DNA of 64,000 nt, taken from Malacoraja senta (taxonomy: Eukaryota). Shown here in pieces: positions 47,401 to 61,149 of the stretch; position 1 is the first letter of the stretch, and every line of letters starts with the position of its first letter. The stretch is taken from positions 1-64,000 of the forward strand of contig JAXLNO010000118.1 of NCBI GenBank assembly GCA_038087875.1, given 5' to 3'. Made by a program: the position numbers and the translations under genes. The notes below the pieces were generated by a model. It was given only the letters and a program-made list of their open reading frames with translations. It was not told the DNA's origin and made no database searches.

Positions 47401-50400
47401 TGGTTTGCTTTGAAAATACAAAACGTGGTTTGATTTGAAAATGCAAAAACTGGCTTGCTTTTAATATGCAAATGGTGGTTTGCTTTGAAAATGCAAAAGG
47501 TGGTTTGCTTTTAAAAATGCAAAAGGTGGTTTGCTGGTTTGCATTGAAAATGCAAAAGCTGCTTTTTAATGGAAATGCAAATGGTGGATTGCTTTGAAAT
47601 TGCAAAAGATGGTATGCTTTGAAAATGCAAAAGGTGGTTTGCTTTGAAAATGCAAAAGATGGTTTGCTTTGAATATGAAAAAGCTGGTTTGCTTTGAAAA
47701 TGCTAAAGGTTTGCTTTGAAAATGGAAAGGGTTTACTTTGAAAATGCAAAAGGTTTGCTTTGAAAATGCAAATAATGGTTTGCTTTGAAGGGTAAATGGT
47801 GGTTTGCTATGAAAATGCAAGTGGTGGTTTGCTTTGAAAATGCAAAAGGTGGTTTGCTTTGAAAATGCAAAAGGTGGTTTGCTTTGAAAATGCAAATGGT
47901 GGTTTGCTATGAAAAGGCAAAAGGTGGTTTGCTATAAAAATGCCAAAAGGAGGTTTGCTTTCAAAATGCAAAATGTGGTTTTCTTTCAAAATGCAAAAGG
48001 TCGTTTGCTTTGAAAATGCAAAAGGTTTGCTATGAAAATGCAAAAGTTGGTTTGCTGGTTTGCATTGAAAATGAAAAAGGTGGTTTGCTTTGAAAATACA
48101 CAAGGTGGTTTGCTTTGAAAATGCAAAAGGTGGTTTGCTTTGAAAATGCAAAGGGTGGTTTGTTTTGAAATAGCAAAAAGTGGTTTGCTTTGAAAATGCA
48201 AAAGATGGTATGCTTTGAAAATGCAAAAAGGTTTGCTTTAAAAAAGCAGTAGATGGTTTACTTTGAAAATGGAAAAGGTGGATTGAAAATGCAAAAGGTG
48301 GATTGAAAATGCAAAAGGTGGTTTCCTTTGAAAATGCAAAAAGGTTTGCTTTAAAAATGCAGTAGATGGTTTGCTTTGAAAATGGAAAAGGTGGTTTGCT
48401 TTGAAAATGCAAAAGGTGGTTTGCTTTAAAAATGCAAAAAGATTTGATTTTATAATGCAGTAGATGGTTTGCTTGAAAATGGAAAAGGTGGTTTGCTTTG
48501 AAAATGCAAAAGATGGTTTGCTTTGAAATTGCAAAAAAGTGGTTTGCTTTGAAAATGCAAAATGTGGTTTGCTTTGAAAATACAAAACGTGGTTTGATTT
48601 GAAAATGCAAAAAGTGGCTTGCTTTTAATATGCAAATGGTGGTTTGCTTTGAAAATGCAAAAGGTGGTTTGGTATAAAAATGCCAAAAAGTGGTTTGCTT
48701 TGAAAATGCAAAATGTGGTTTGCTTTGAAAATGCAAAAGGTAGTTTGTTTTGAAATAGCAAAAAGTGTTTTGCTTTGATAATGCAAAAGGTGGTTTGCTT
48801 TGAAAATACAAAAGGTGGTTTGCTTTGAAAATGCAAAAGGTGGCTTGCTTTTAATATGCAAAAGATGGTTTGCTTTTAAAATGCAAAAGGTGTTTTGGTT
48901 TTAAAATGCAAAAGGTGGTTTGGTTTTAAAATGGAAATGTTGGTTTGCTTTGAAAATGCAAAAGGTGGTTTGCTTTGAAAATGCAAAAGGTGATTTGCTT
49001 TGAAAATGCTAAATGTGGTTTGCTTTGAAAATGCAAAAAGTGGTTTGCTTTGAAAATGCAAAACGTGGTTTGCTTTGAAATGCAAAAGGTGGTTTGCTTT
49101 GAAAATTCAAAGCGTGGTTTGCTTTGAAAATGCAAAAGGTGGTTTGCTTTGAAAATGCAAAAGGTCGTTTGCTTTGAAAATGCAAAAGGTGGTTTGCTGT
49201 TTGCATTGAAAATGCAAAAGGTGTTTTAGTTTGAAAATGGAAAAGGTGGTTTGCTTTGAAAATGCAAAAGGTGATTTGCTTTGAAAATGCTAAATGTGGT
49301 TTGCTTTGAAAATGCAAAAAGTGGTTTGCTTTGAAAATGCAAAAGGTGGTTTGCTGGTTTGCAATGAAAATGCAAAAGGTGGTTTACTTTGAAGATGCAA
49401 AAGGTGGTGGGCTTTGAAAATGCAAAAGGTGATATGCTTTGAAAATGCAAAAGGTCGTTTGCTTTGAAAGTGCAAAAGGTAGTTTGCTTTGAAAATGTTA
49501 AATGTGGTTTGATTTGAAAATGCAAAAAAGTGGTTTGGTTTGAAAATGCAAAAGGTGGTTTGCTTTGTAAATGCTATAAGTGGTTTGCTTTGATAATGCA
49601 AAAGGTGCTTTGCTTTGAAATTGCAAAAGGTGGTTTGCTTTGAAAATGCAAAAGGTGGTTTGCTTTGAAAATGCGAAAAAAAATTGCTTTGAAAATGCAA
49701 AAGGTGGTTTGTTTTGAAAATGCAAAAGGTGGTTTGCTTTGAAAATGCAAAAGGTGGTTTGCTTTGAAAATGCAAAAGGTGGTTTGTTTTGAAAAGGTGG
49801 TTTGCTTTGAAAATGCATAAGGTGGTTTGCTTTGAAAATGCAAAAGATGGTTAGCATTGAAAATGCAAAAAGGTTTGCTTTGAAAATGCAAAAGATGGTT
49901 TGCTTTGAAAATGCAAATGGTGGTTCGCTTTGAAAAGGTGGTTTGCTTTGAAAATGCATAAGGTGGTTTGCTTTGAAAATATAAAAGGTGGTTCGTTTTG
50001 AAATTGCAAAAAGTGGTTTGCTTTGAAAATGCAAAAGGTGGTTTGCTTTGAAAATGCAAAAGGTGGTTTGCTTTTAAAATGCAAAAGGTGGTTTGCTTTG
50101 AAAATACAAAATGTGCTTTGCTTTGAAAATGCAAAAGGTGATTTGCTTTGAAAATGCAAAAGGTGGTTTGCCATGAAAATGCAAAAGGTGGTTTGCTTAG
50201 AATAGGTGGTTTGCTTTGAAAATGCATTAGGTGGTTTGCATTGAAAATGCATGACGTTGTTTGCTTTGAAATTGCACAAAGTGGTTTGCTTTGAAAATGC
50301 AAAACGTGGTTTGCTTTGAAATGCAAAAGGTGGTTTGCTTTGAAAATTCAAAATGTGGTTTGCTTTGAAAATGCAAAAAGTGGTTTGCTTTGAAAATGCA

Positions 50401-52135
50401 AAAGGTGGTTTGCTGTTTGCATTGAAAATGCAAAAGGTGTTTTATTTGAAAATGCAAAAGGTGGTTTGCTTTGAAAATGCAAAAGGTGATTTGCTTTGAA
50501 AATGCTAAATGTGGTTTGCTTTGAAAATGCAAAAAGTGGTTTGCTTTGAAAATGCAAAAGGTGGTGGGCTTTGAAAATGCAAAAGGTGATTTGCTTTGAA
50601 AATGCAAAAGGTCGTTTGCTTTGAAAGTGCAAAAGGTAGTTTGCTTTGAAAATGCAAAAGGTGGTTTGCTGGTTTGCATTGAAATTGCAAAAGGTGGTTT
50701 GCTTTGAAAATGCAAAAGCTGGTTTGTTTTGAAAATGCGAAAAAAAATTGCTTTGAAAATGCAAAATGTGGTTTCTTCGAAAATGCAAAAGGTGGTTTGT
50801 ATTGAAAATACAAAAGGTGCTTTGTTTTGAAAATGCAAAAGGTGGTTTGCTTTGAAAATGCAAAAGGTGGTTTGCTTTGAAAATGCAAAAGGTGGTTTGC
50901 TTTGAAAATGCAAAAGCTGGTTTGTTTTGAAAATGCGAAAAAAAAATTGCTTTGAAAATGCAAAATGTGGTTTCTTTGAAAATGCAAAAGGTGGTTTGTA
51001 TTGAAAATACAAAAGGTGGTTTGTTTTGAAAATGCAAAAGGTGGTTTGCTTTGAAAATGCAAAAGGTGGTTTGCTTTGAAAATGCAAAAGGTGGTTTGCT
51101 TTGAAAATGTAAAAGGTGGTTTGCATTCAAAATGCAAAAGGTGGTTTGCTTTGAATAGGTGGTTTGCTTTGAAAATGCATAAGGTGGTTTGCTTTGAAAA
51201 TGCAAAAGATGGTTTGCTTTGAAAATACATAAAGGTTTGCTTTGAAAATGCAAAAGGTGGTTTGTTTTGAAAATGCAGAAGGTGGTTTGTTTTCAAAATG
51301 CAAAAGCTGGTTTGTTTTGAAAATGCGAAAAAAAATTGCTTTGAAAATGCAAAATGTGGTTTCTTTGAAAATGCAAAAGGTGGTTTGTATTGAAAATACA
51401 AAAGGTGGTTTGTTTTGAAAATGCAAAAGGTGGTTTGCTTTGAAAATGCAAAAGGTGGTTTGCTTTGAAAATGCAAAAGGTGGTTTGCTTTGAAAATGTA
51501 AAAGGTGGTTTGCATTGAAAATGCAAAAGGTGGTTTGCTTTGAATAGGTGGTTTGCTTTGAAAATGCATAAGGTGGTTTGCTTTGAAAATGCAAAAGATG
51601 GTTTGCTTTGAAAATACATAAAGGTTTGCTTTGAAAATGCAAAAGGTGGTTTGTTTTGAAAATGCAGAAGGTGGTTTGTTTTCAAAATGCAAAAGGTGGT
51701 TTGCTTTGAAAATGCAAAAGGTACTTTGCTTTGAAAATGCAAAAGGTGGTTTGCTTTGAAAATGCAAAAGGTGGTTTGCTTTGAAAATGTAAAAGGTGGT
51801 TTGCTTTGAAAGGGTTGTTTGCTTTGAAAATGCAAAAGGTTGTTTGTTTTGAAAATGCAAAAGGTGGTTTGTTTTGAAAATGCAAAAGGTTGTTTGCTTT
51901 GAAAATGCAAAAGTTGGTTTGCTTTGAAAATGCAAAAGGTGGTTTGCTTTGAAAATGCAAACGATGGTTTGCTTTGAAAATACATAAAGGTTTGCTTTGA
52001 AAATGCAAAAGGTGGTTTGTTTTGAAAATAGAGAGGGTGGTTTGTTTTGAAAATGCAAAAGGTGGTTTGCTTTGAAAATGCAAAACGTAGTTTGCTTTGA
52101 AAATGCAAAAGGTGGTTTGCTTTGAAAATGCAAAG

Positions 52136-52900
52136 GCAAGTGAGGTTGCTTTTAAAAAAATCACTTCCACTCACGGCTTCGATTTTTGGCCATATTACTC
52201 AGTCCCCCTCCAGCTGTCAGGGCCATAGATGAAAAATATAAGACTTATAAATGTTTAAATAATGTTAAAATTCTCTCTCCTGTCAATCATACCATGGAGG
52301 ACACGCCCCATCCGGTGGGAGGGGGGGACTATAAACCCGGAAGTGTGGACTTGCCACAGTCGCTGCAAGATGGGGGAGGGAGAGTTCACGACTCTCAGTC
52401 TGAGCAGTGAATAAACTGATCACTGAACACATGTCCGCTAAACTGTGAGTGTGGTTTTATGTGCTTTTATGTGGTTTATTTGGAACTGTGTTTGGAAGGA
52501 ATAAATGTTTTTACGTGCCTTTTGAATGTGCCGCTAATTTAAAAGTGTGCCTTTTGACTGTGCCGCTAATTGAAACGAGTGCCTTTTGACGGTGTCGCTA
52601 ATTGAAAAGTGTGCCTCTTGACTGTGCCGCTAATTGAAAAGTGTGCCTTTTGACGGTGCTGCCAATTGAAAACTGTGCCTTTTGACTGTGCCGCTAAGCT
52701 GTGCCTATATTTTAAAATGTGATTTGCTTTATAAATGTGGCTTGCGTTTTAATGTGGCTTGCGTTTTAAATGTGGCTTGCTGTGCAACCGTTTTTGGAAG
52801 GAAAAACAGTGAATAAACGTTTTATTACATCAGGACTGTGTTTAAGGCAAAATTCCCGCAAAATTGCCGCTCATTCCGTGACTTAGTGGAGAGATGGTGC
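52136..52900 (+). repeat. Embedded ~750-bp non-satellite module, copy 1
   Basis: Complex sequence with TATAAA/CCGGAAGT/CAAGATGG motifs and six 32-bp subrepeats (52515-52700). Confidence 0.9.
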
Positions 52901-53447
52901 TGAAAATGCAAAAGGTGGTTTGTTTTGAAAATGCAAAAGGTGGTTTGCTTTGAAAATGCAAAAGGTGGTTTGCTTTGAAAATGCAAAAGGTGGTTTGGTT
53001 TGAAAATGCAAAATGTGGTTTGCTTTGAAAAGGTGGTTTGCTTTGAAAATGCATAAGGTGGTTTACTTTGAAAATGCAAAAGATGGTTGGCTTTGAAAAT
53101 GCAAAAAGGTTTGTTTTGAAAATGCAAAAGATGGTTTGTTTTGAAAATGCAAATGGTGGTTCGCTTTGAAAAGGTGGTTTGCTTTGAAAATGCATAAGGT
53201 GGTTTGCTTTGAAAATATAAAAGGTGGTTCGCATTGAAATTGCAAAAAGTGGTTTGCTTTGAAAATGCAAAAGGTGGTTTGCTTTGAAAATGCAAAAGGT
53301 GGTTTGCTTTGAAAATGCAAAAGGTGGTTTGCTTTGAAAATACAAAATGTGCTTTGCTTTGAAAATGCAAAAGGTGATTTGCTTTGAAAATGCAAAAGGT
53401 GGTTTGCCATGAAAATGCAAAAGGTGATTTGCTTTGAAAATGCAAAG

Positions 53448-54350
53448 GCAAGTGAGGTTGCTTTTAAAATGTAAAGGCAAGTGCGTTTGGTTTGAAAATG
53501 CAAAGGCAAGTGCGGTTGCTTTGAAATTGCAATGGCAAGTGCGGTTGCTTTGAAAATGCATAGGCAAGTGATTCAAAGTCAAGTCTTGACCACTTCCTGT
53601 TTGCACTGTATATTGGTTTTAGAAAAATCACTTCCACTCACGGCTTCGATTTTTGGCCATATTACTCAGTCCCCCTCCAGCTGTCAGGGCCATAGATGAA
53701 AAATATAAAACTTATAAATGTTTAAATAATGTTGAAATGCTCTCTCCTGTCAATCATGCCATGGAGGACACGCCCCATCCGGTGGGAGGGGGGGACTATA
53801 AACCCGGAAGTGTGGAATTGCCGCAGTCGCTGCAAGATGAGGGAGGGAGAGTTCACGACTCTCAGTCTGAGCAGTGAATAAACTGATCACTGAACACATG
53901 TCCCCTAAACTGTGAGTGTGGTTTTATGTGCTTTTATGTGGTTTATTTGGAACTGTGTTTGGAAGGAATAAATGTTTTTACGTGCCTTTTGAATGTGCCG
54001 CTAATTTAAAAGTGTGCCTTTTGACTGTGCCGCTAATTGAAAAGAGTGCCTTTTGACGGTGTCGCTAATTGAAAAGTGCGCCTCTTGACTGTGCCGCTAA
54101 TTGAAAAGTGTGCCTTTTGACGTTGCCGCTATTTGAAAACTGTGCCTTTTGACTGTGCCGCTAAGCTGTGCCTATATTTTAAAATGTGATTTGCTTTATA
54201 AATGTGGCTTGCGTTTTAATGTGGCTTGCGTTTTAAATGTGGCTTGCTGTGCAACCGTTTTTGGAAGGAAAAACAGTGAATAAACGTTTTATTAGATCAG
54301 GACTGTGTTTAATGCTAAATTCCCGCAAAATTGCCGCTCATTCCGCTCAT
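53448..54350 (+). repeat. Embedded module, copy 2 (longest 5' end, preceded by 29-bp variant units)
   Basis: Extra 5' sequence CAAAGTCAAGTCTTGACCACTTCCTGTTTGCACTGTATATTGG; GCTTTGAAAATGCAAAGGCAAGTGCGGTT units. Confidence 0.9.
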
Positions 54351-56924
54351 TGCTTTGAAAATACAAAACGTGGTTTGATTTGAAAATGCAAAAACTGGCT
54401 TGCTTTTAATATGCAAATGGTGGTTTGCTTTTAAAAATGCAAAAGGTGGTTTGCTGGTTTGCATTGAAAATGCAAAAGCTGCTTTTTAATGGAAATGCAA
54501 ATGGTGGATTGCTTTGAAAATGCAAAAGATGGTATGCTTTGAAAATGCAAAAGGTGGTTTGCTTTGAAAATGCAAAAGGTGGCTTGCTTTGAATATGAAA
54601 AAGCTGGTTTGCTTTGAAAATGCTAAAGGTTTGCTTTGAAAATGCAAAGGGTTTACTTTGAAAATGCAAAAGGTTTGCTTTGAAAATGCAAATAATGGTT
54701 TGCTTTGAAGGATAAATGGTGGTTTGCTATGAAAATGCAAGTGGTGGTTTGCTTTGAAAATGCAAAAGGTGGTTTGCTTTAAAAATGCAGTAGATGGTTT
54801 GCTTTGAAAATGAAAAAGGTGGGTTGCATTGAAAATGCAAAAGGTGGTTTGCTTTGAAAATGCAAAAAGGTTTGATTTTATAATGCAGTAGATGGTTTGC
54901 TTGAAAATGGAAAAGGTGGTTTGCTTTGAAAATGCAAAAGATGGTTTGCTTTGAAATTGCAAAAAATTGGTTTGCTTTGAAAATGCAAAATGTGGTTTGC
55001 TTTGAAAATACAAAACGTGGTTTGATTTGAAAATGCAAAAAGTGGCTTGCTTTTAATATGCAAATGGTGGTTTGCTTTGAAAATGCAAAAGGTGGTTTGC
55101 TTTTAAAATATAAAAGGTGGTTTGCTTTGAAAATGCAAAAGGTGGCTTGCTTTTAATATGCAAAAGATGGTTTGCTTTTAAAATGCAAAATGTGTTTTGG
55201 TTTTAAAATGCAAATGGTGGTTTGGTTTTAAAATGGAAATGTTGGTTTGCTTTGAAAATGCAAATGGTGGTTTGCTTTGAAAATGTAAAAGGTGTTTTGC
55301 TTTGAAAATACAATAGGTGGTTTGGTATAAAAATGCCCCAAAGTGGTTTGTTTTGAAAATGCAAAAGGTGGTTTGCTTTGGAAATGCAAAAGGTCGTTTG
55401 TTTACCAAAATGCAAATTGTCGTTTGCTTTAAGAATGCAAAAGGTGGTTTGCTTTGAAAATGCAAAAGGTGGTTTGCTTTGAAAATACAAAATGTGCTTT
55501 GCTTTGAAAATGCAAAAGGTGATTTGCTTTGAAAATGCAAAGGTGGTTTGCCATGAAAATGCAAAAGGTGGTTTGCTTAGACTAGGTTGTTTGCTTTGAA
55601 AATGCATAAGGTGGCTTGCATTGAAGATGCAAAAGGTTGTTTGCTTTGAAATTGCAAAAAGTGGTTTGCTTTGAAAATGCAAAACGTGGGTTGCTTTGAA
55701 ATGCAAAAGGTGGTTTGCTTTGAAAATTCAAAGCGTGGTTTGCTTTGAAAATGCAAAAGGTGGTTTGCTTTGAAAATGCAAAAGGTCGTTTGCTTTGAAA
55801 ATGCAAAAGGTGGTTTGCTGTTTGCATTGAAAATGCAAACGGTGTTTTAGTTTGAAAATGGAAAAGGTGGTTTGCTTTGAAGATGCAAAAGGTGATTTGC
55901 TTTGAAAATGCTAAATGTGGTTTGCTTTGAAAATGCAAAAAGTGGTTTGCTTTGAAAATGCAAAAGGTGGTTTGCTGGTTTGCAATGAAAATGCAAAAGG
56001 TGGTTTACTTTGAAGATGCAAAAGGTGGTGGGCTTTGAAAATGCAAAAGGTGATTTGCTTTGAAAATGCAAAAGGTCGTTTGCTTTGAAAGTGCAAAAGG
56101 TAGTTTGCTTTGAAAATGTTAAATGTGGTTTGATTTGAAAATGGAAAAAAGTGGTTTGGTTTGAAAATGCAAAAGGTGGTTTGCTTTGTAAATGCTATAA
56201 GTGGTTTGCTTTGAAAATGCAAAAGGTGGTTTGCTTTGAAAATGCAAAAGGTGGTTTGGTTTGAAAATGCAAAATGTGGTTTGCTTTGAAAAGGTGGTTT
56301 GCTTTGAAAATGCGTAAGGTGGTTTGCTTTGAAAATGCAAAAGATGGTTGGCTTTGAAAATGCAAAAAGGTTTGCTTTGAAAATACAAAAGATGGTTTGC
56401 TTTGAAAATGCAAATGGTGGTTCGCTTTGAAAAGGTGGTTTGCTTTGAAAATGCATAAGGTGGTTTCCTTTGAAAATATAAAAGGTGGTTCGCTTTGAAA
56501 TTGCAAAAAGTGGTTTGCTTTGAAAATGCAAAAGGTGGTTTGCTTTGAAAATGCAAAAGGTGGTTTGCTTTGAAAATGCAAAAGGTGGTTTACTTTGAAA
56601 ATACAAAATGTGCTTTGCTTTGAAAATGCAAAAGGTGATTTGCTTTGAAAATGCAAAAGTGGTTTGCCATGAAAATGCAAAAGGTGGTTTGCTTAGAATA
56701 GGTGGTTTGCTTTGAAAATGCATAAGGTGGTTTGCATTGAAAAAGCAGAACGTTGTTTGCTTTGAAATTGCACAATGTGGTTTGCTTTGAAAATGCAAAA
56801 CGTGGTTTGCTTTGAAAAGGTGGTTTGCTTTGAAAATGCATAAGGTGGTTTGCTTTGAAAATACAAAAGGTGGCTAGCTTTGAAAATGCAAAAAGGTTTG
56901 CTTTGAAAATGCAAAAGATGGTTT

Positions 56925-57640
56925 GCCATATTACTCAGTCCCCCTCCAGCTGTCAGGGCCATAGATGATAAATATAAGACTTATAAATGTTTAAATAATG
57001 TTGAAATTCTCTCTCCTGTCAATCATGCCATGGAGGACACGCCCCATCCGGTGGGAGGGGGGGGGGACTATAAACCCAGAAGTGTGGAATTGCCGCAGTC
57101 GCTGCAAGATGAGGGAGGGAGAGTTCACGACTCTCAGTCTGAGCAGTGAATAAACTGATCACTGAACACATGTCCCCTAAACTGTAAGTGTGGTTTTATG
57201 TGCTTTTATGTGGTTTATTTGGAACTGTGTTTGGAAGGAATAAAAGTTTTTACGTGCCTTTTGAATGTGCCGCTAATTTAAAAGTGTGCCTTTTGACTGT
57301 GCCGCTAATTGAAAAGAGTGCCTTTTGACGGTGTCGCTAATTGAAAAGTGCGCCTCTTGTCTGTGCCGCTAATTGAAAAGTGTGCCTTTTGACGTTGCCG
57401 CTAATTGAAAACTGTGCCCTTTGACTGTGCCGCTAAGCTGTGCCTATATTTTAAAATGTGATTTGCTTTATAAATGTGGCTTGCGTTTTAATATGGCTTG
57501 CGTTTTAAATGTGGCTTGCTGTGCAACCGTTTTTGGAAGGAAAAACAGTGAATAAACGTTTTATTAGATCAGGACTGTGTTTAATGCTAAATTCCCGCAA
57601 AATTGCCGCTCATTCCGTGACTTACTGGAGAGATGGTGCT
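56925..57640 (+). repeat. Embedded module, copy 3 (5'-truncated)
   Basis: Begins at GCCATATTACTCAG, joined to the satellite through a TT.GCCAT microhomology. Confidence 0.9.
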
Positions 57641-59837
57641 GAAAATGCAAAAGGTGGTTTGTTTTCAAAATGCTAAAGGTGGTTTGCTTTGAAAATGCAA
57701 AAGGTGGTTTGCTTTGAAAATGCAAAAGGTGGTTTGGTTTGAAAATGCAAAATGTGGTTTGCTTTGAAAAGGTGGTTTGCTTTGAAAATGCGTAAGGTGG
57801 TTTGCTTTGAAAATGCAAAAGATGGTTGGCTTTGAAAATGCAAAAAGGTTTGCTTTGAAAATGCAAAAGATGGTTTGCTTTGAAAATGCAAATGGTGGTT
57901 CGCTTTGAAAAGGTGGTTTGCTTTGAAAATGCATGAGGTGGTTTCCTTTGAAAATATAAAAGGTGGTTCGCTTTGAAATTGCAAAAAGTGGTTTGCTTTG
58001 AAAATGCAAAAGGTGGTTTGCTTAGAATAGGTGGTTTGCTTTGAAAATGCATAAGGTGGTTTGCATTGAAAAAGCAGAACGTTGTTTGCTTTGAAATTGC
58101 ACAAAGTGGTTTGCTTTGAAAATGCAAAACATGGTTTGCATTGAAATGCAAAAGGTGGTTTGCTCTGAAAATTCAAACGTGGTTTGCTTTGAAAATGCAA
58201 AAGGTGGTTTGCTTTGAAAATGCAAAAGGTGGTTTGCTGTTTGCATTGAAAATGCAAAAGGTGTTTTAGTTTGAAAATGCAAACGGTGGTTTGCTTTGAA
58301 AATGCAAAAGGTGATTTGCTTTGAAAATGCTAAATGTGGTTTGCTTTGAAAAAGCAAACAGTGGTTTGTTTTGAAAATGCAAAAGGTGGTTTGCTGGTTT
58401 GCATTGAAAATGCAAAAGGTGGTTTACTTTGAAAATGCAAAAGGTGGTGGTCTTTGAAAATGCAAAAGGTGATTTGCTTTGAAAATGCAAAAGGTCGTTT
58501 GCTTTGAAAGTGCAAAAGTTAGTTTGCTTTGAAAATGTTAAAGGGGGTTTGCTTTGAAAATGCAAAAATGTGGTTTGCTTGGAAAATGCAAAAGGTGGTT
58601 TGCTTCGAAAATGCTAAAACTGGTTTGCTTTGAAAATGCAAAAGGTGCTTTGCTTTTAAATTGCAAAAGGTGGTTTGCTTTGAATATGCAAAAGCTGGTT
58701 TGTTTTGAAAATGCGGAAAAAAATTGCTTTGAAAATGCAAAATGTGTTTTCTTTGAAAATGCAAAAGGTGGTTTGTATTGAAAATACAAAAGGTGGTTTG
58801 TTTTGAAAATGTAAAAGGTGGTTTGCATTCAAAATGCAAAAGGTGGTTTGCTTTGAATAGGTGGTTTGCTTTGAAAATGCATAAGGTGGTTTGCTTTGAA
58901 AATGCAAAAGATGGTTTGCTTTGAAAATACATAAAGGTTTGCTTTGAAAATGCAAAAGGTGGTTTGTTTTGAAAATGCAGAAGGTGGTTTGTTTTCAAAA
59001 TGCAAAAGCTGGTTTGTTTTGAAAATGCGAAAAAAAATTGCTTTGAAAATGCAAAATGTGGTTTCTTTGAAAATGCAAAAGGTGGTTTGTATTGAAAATA
59101 CAAAAGGTGGTTTGTTTTGAAAATGCAAAAGGTGGTTTGCTTTGAAAATGCAAAAGGTGGTTTGCTTTGAAAATGCAAAAGGTGGTTTGCTTTGAAAATG
59201 TAAAAGGTGGTTTGCATTGAAAATGCAAAAGGTGGTTTGCTTTGAATAGGTGGTTTGCTTTGAAAATGCATAAGGTGGTTTGCTTTGAAAATGCAAAAGA
59301 TGGTTTGCTTTGAAAATACATAAAGGTTTGCTTTGAAAATGCAAAAGGTGGTTTGTTTTGAAAATGCAGAAGGTGGTTTGTTTTCAAAATGCAAAAGGTG
59401 GTTTGCTTTGAAAATGCAAAAGGTACTTTGCTTTGAAAATGCAAAAGGTGGTTTGCTTTGAAAATGCAAAAGGTGGTTTGCTTTGAAAATGTAAAAGGTG
59501 GTTTGCTTTGAAAGGGTTGTTTGCTTTGAAAATGCAAAAGGTTGTTTGTTTTGAAAATGCAAAAGGTGGTTTGTTTTGAAAATGCAAAAGGTTGTTTGCT
59601 TTGAAAATGCAAAAGTTGGTTTGCTTTGAAAATGCAAAAGGTGGTTTGCTTTGAAAATGCAAACGATGGTTTGCTTTGAAAATACATAAAGGTTTGCTTT
59701 GAAAATGCAAAAGGTGGTTTGTTTTGAAAATAGAGAGGGTGGTTTGTTTTGAAAATGCAAAAGGTGGTTTGCTTTGAAAATGCAAAACGTAGTTTGCTTT
59801 GAAAATGCAAAAGGTGGTTTGCTTTGAAAATGCAAAG

Positions 59838-60602
59838 GCAAGTGAGGTTGCTTTTAAAAAAATCACTTCCACTCACGGCTTCGATTTTTGGCCATATTAC
59901 TCAGTCCCCCTCCAGCTGTCAGGGCCATAGATGAAAAATATAAGACTTATAAATGTTTAAATAATGTTAAAATTCTCTCTCCTGTCAATCATACCATGGA
60001 GGACACGCCCCATCCGGTGGGAGGGGGGGACTATAAACCCGGAAGTGTGGACTTGCCACAGTCGCTGCAAGATGGGGGAGGGAGAGTTCACGACTCTCAG
60101 TCTGAGCAGTGAATAAACTGATCACTGAACACATGTCCGCTAAACTGTGAGTGTGGTTTTATGTGCTTTTATGTGGTTTATTTGGAACTGTGTTTGGAAG
60201 GAATAAATGTTTTTACGTGCCTTTTGAATGTGCCGCTAATTTAAAAGTGTGCCTTTTGACTGTGCCGCTAATTGAAACGAGTGCCTTTTGACGGTGTCGC
60301 TAATTGAAAAGTGTGCCTCTTGACTGTGCCGCTAATTGAAAAGTGTGCCTTTTGACGGTGCTGCCAATTGAAAACTGTGCCTTTTGACTGTGCCGCTAAG
60401 CTGTGCCTATATTTTAAAATGTGATTTGCTTTATAAATGTGGCTTGCGTTTTAATGTGGCTTGCGTTTTAAATGTGGCTTGCTGTGCAACCGTTTTTGGA
60501 AGGAAAAACAGTGAATAAACGTTTTATTACATCAGGACTGTGTTTAAGGCAAAATTCCCGCAAAATTGCCGCTCATTCCGTGACTTAGTGGAGAGATGGT
60601 GC
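59838..60602 (+). repeat. Embedded module, copy 4 (= copy 1 + 7702)
   Basis: Shares copy-1 diagnostic variants (e.g. GACTTGCCACAG). Confidence 0.9.
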
Positions 60603-61149
60603 TGAAAATGCAAAAGGTGGTTTGTTTTGAAAATGCAAAAGGTGGTTTGCTTTGAAAATGCAAAAGGTGGTTTGCTTTGAAAATGCAAAAGGTGGTTTGG
60701 TTTGAAAATGCAAAATGTGGTTTGCTTTGAAAAGGTGGTTTGCTTTGAAAATGCATAAGGTGGTTTACTTTGAAAATGCAAAAGATGGTTGGCTTTGAAA
60801 ATGCAAAAAGGTTTGTTTTGAAAATGCAAAAGATGGTTTGTTTTGAAAATGCAAATGGTGGTTCGCTTTGAAAAGGTGGTTTGCTTTGAAAATGCATAAG
60901 GTGGTTTGCTTTGAAAATATAAAAGGTGGTTCGCATTGAAATTGCAAAAAGTGGTTTGCTTTGAAAATGCAAAAGGTGGTTTGCTTTGAAAATGCAAAAG
61001 GTGGTTTGCTTTGAAAATGCAAAAGGTGGTTTGCTTTGAAAATACAAAATGTGCTTTGCTTTGAAAATGCAAAAGGTGATTTGCTTTGAAAATGCAAAAG
61101 GTGGTTTGCCATGAAAATGCAAAAGGTGATTTGCTTTGAAAATGCAAAG

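Noticed and set aside
52186..52410. 74-aa ORF repeated in the modules (MAILLSPPPAV...)
   Set aside because: Non-ATG (TTG) start, no recognisable domain, and broken in copy 3 by a longer G run; its conservation reflects recent duplication
52515..52700. 32-bp repeats in the module as a mini CRISPR array
   Set aside because: Contiguous tandem units with no spacers
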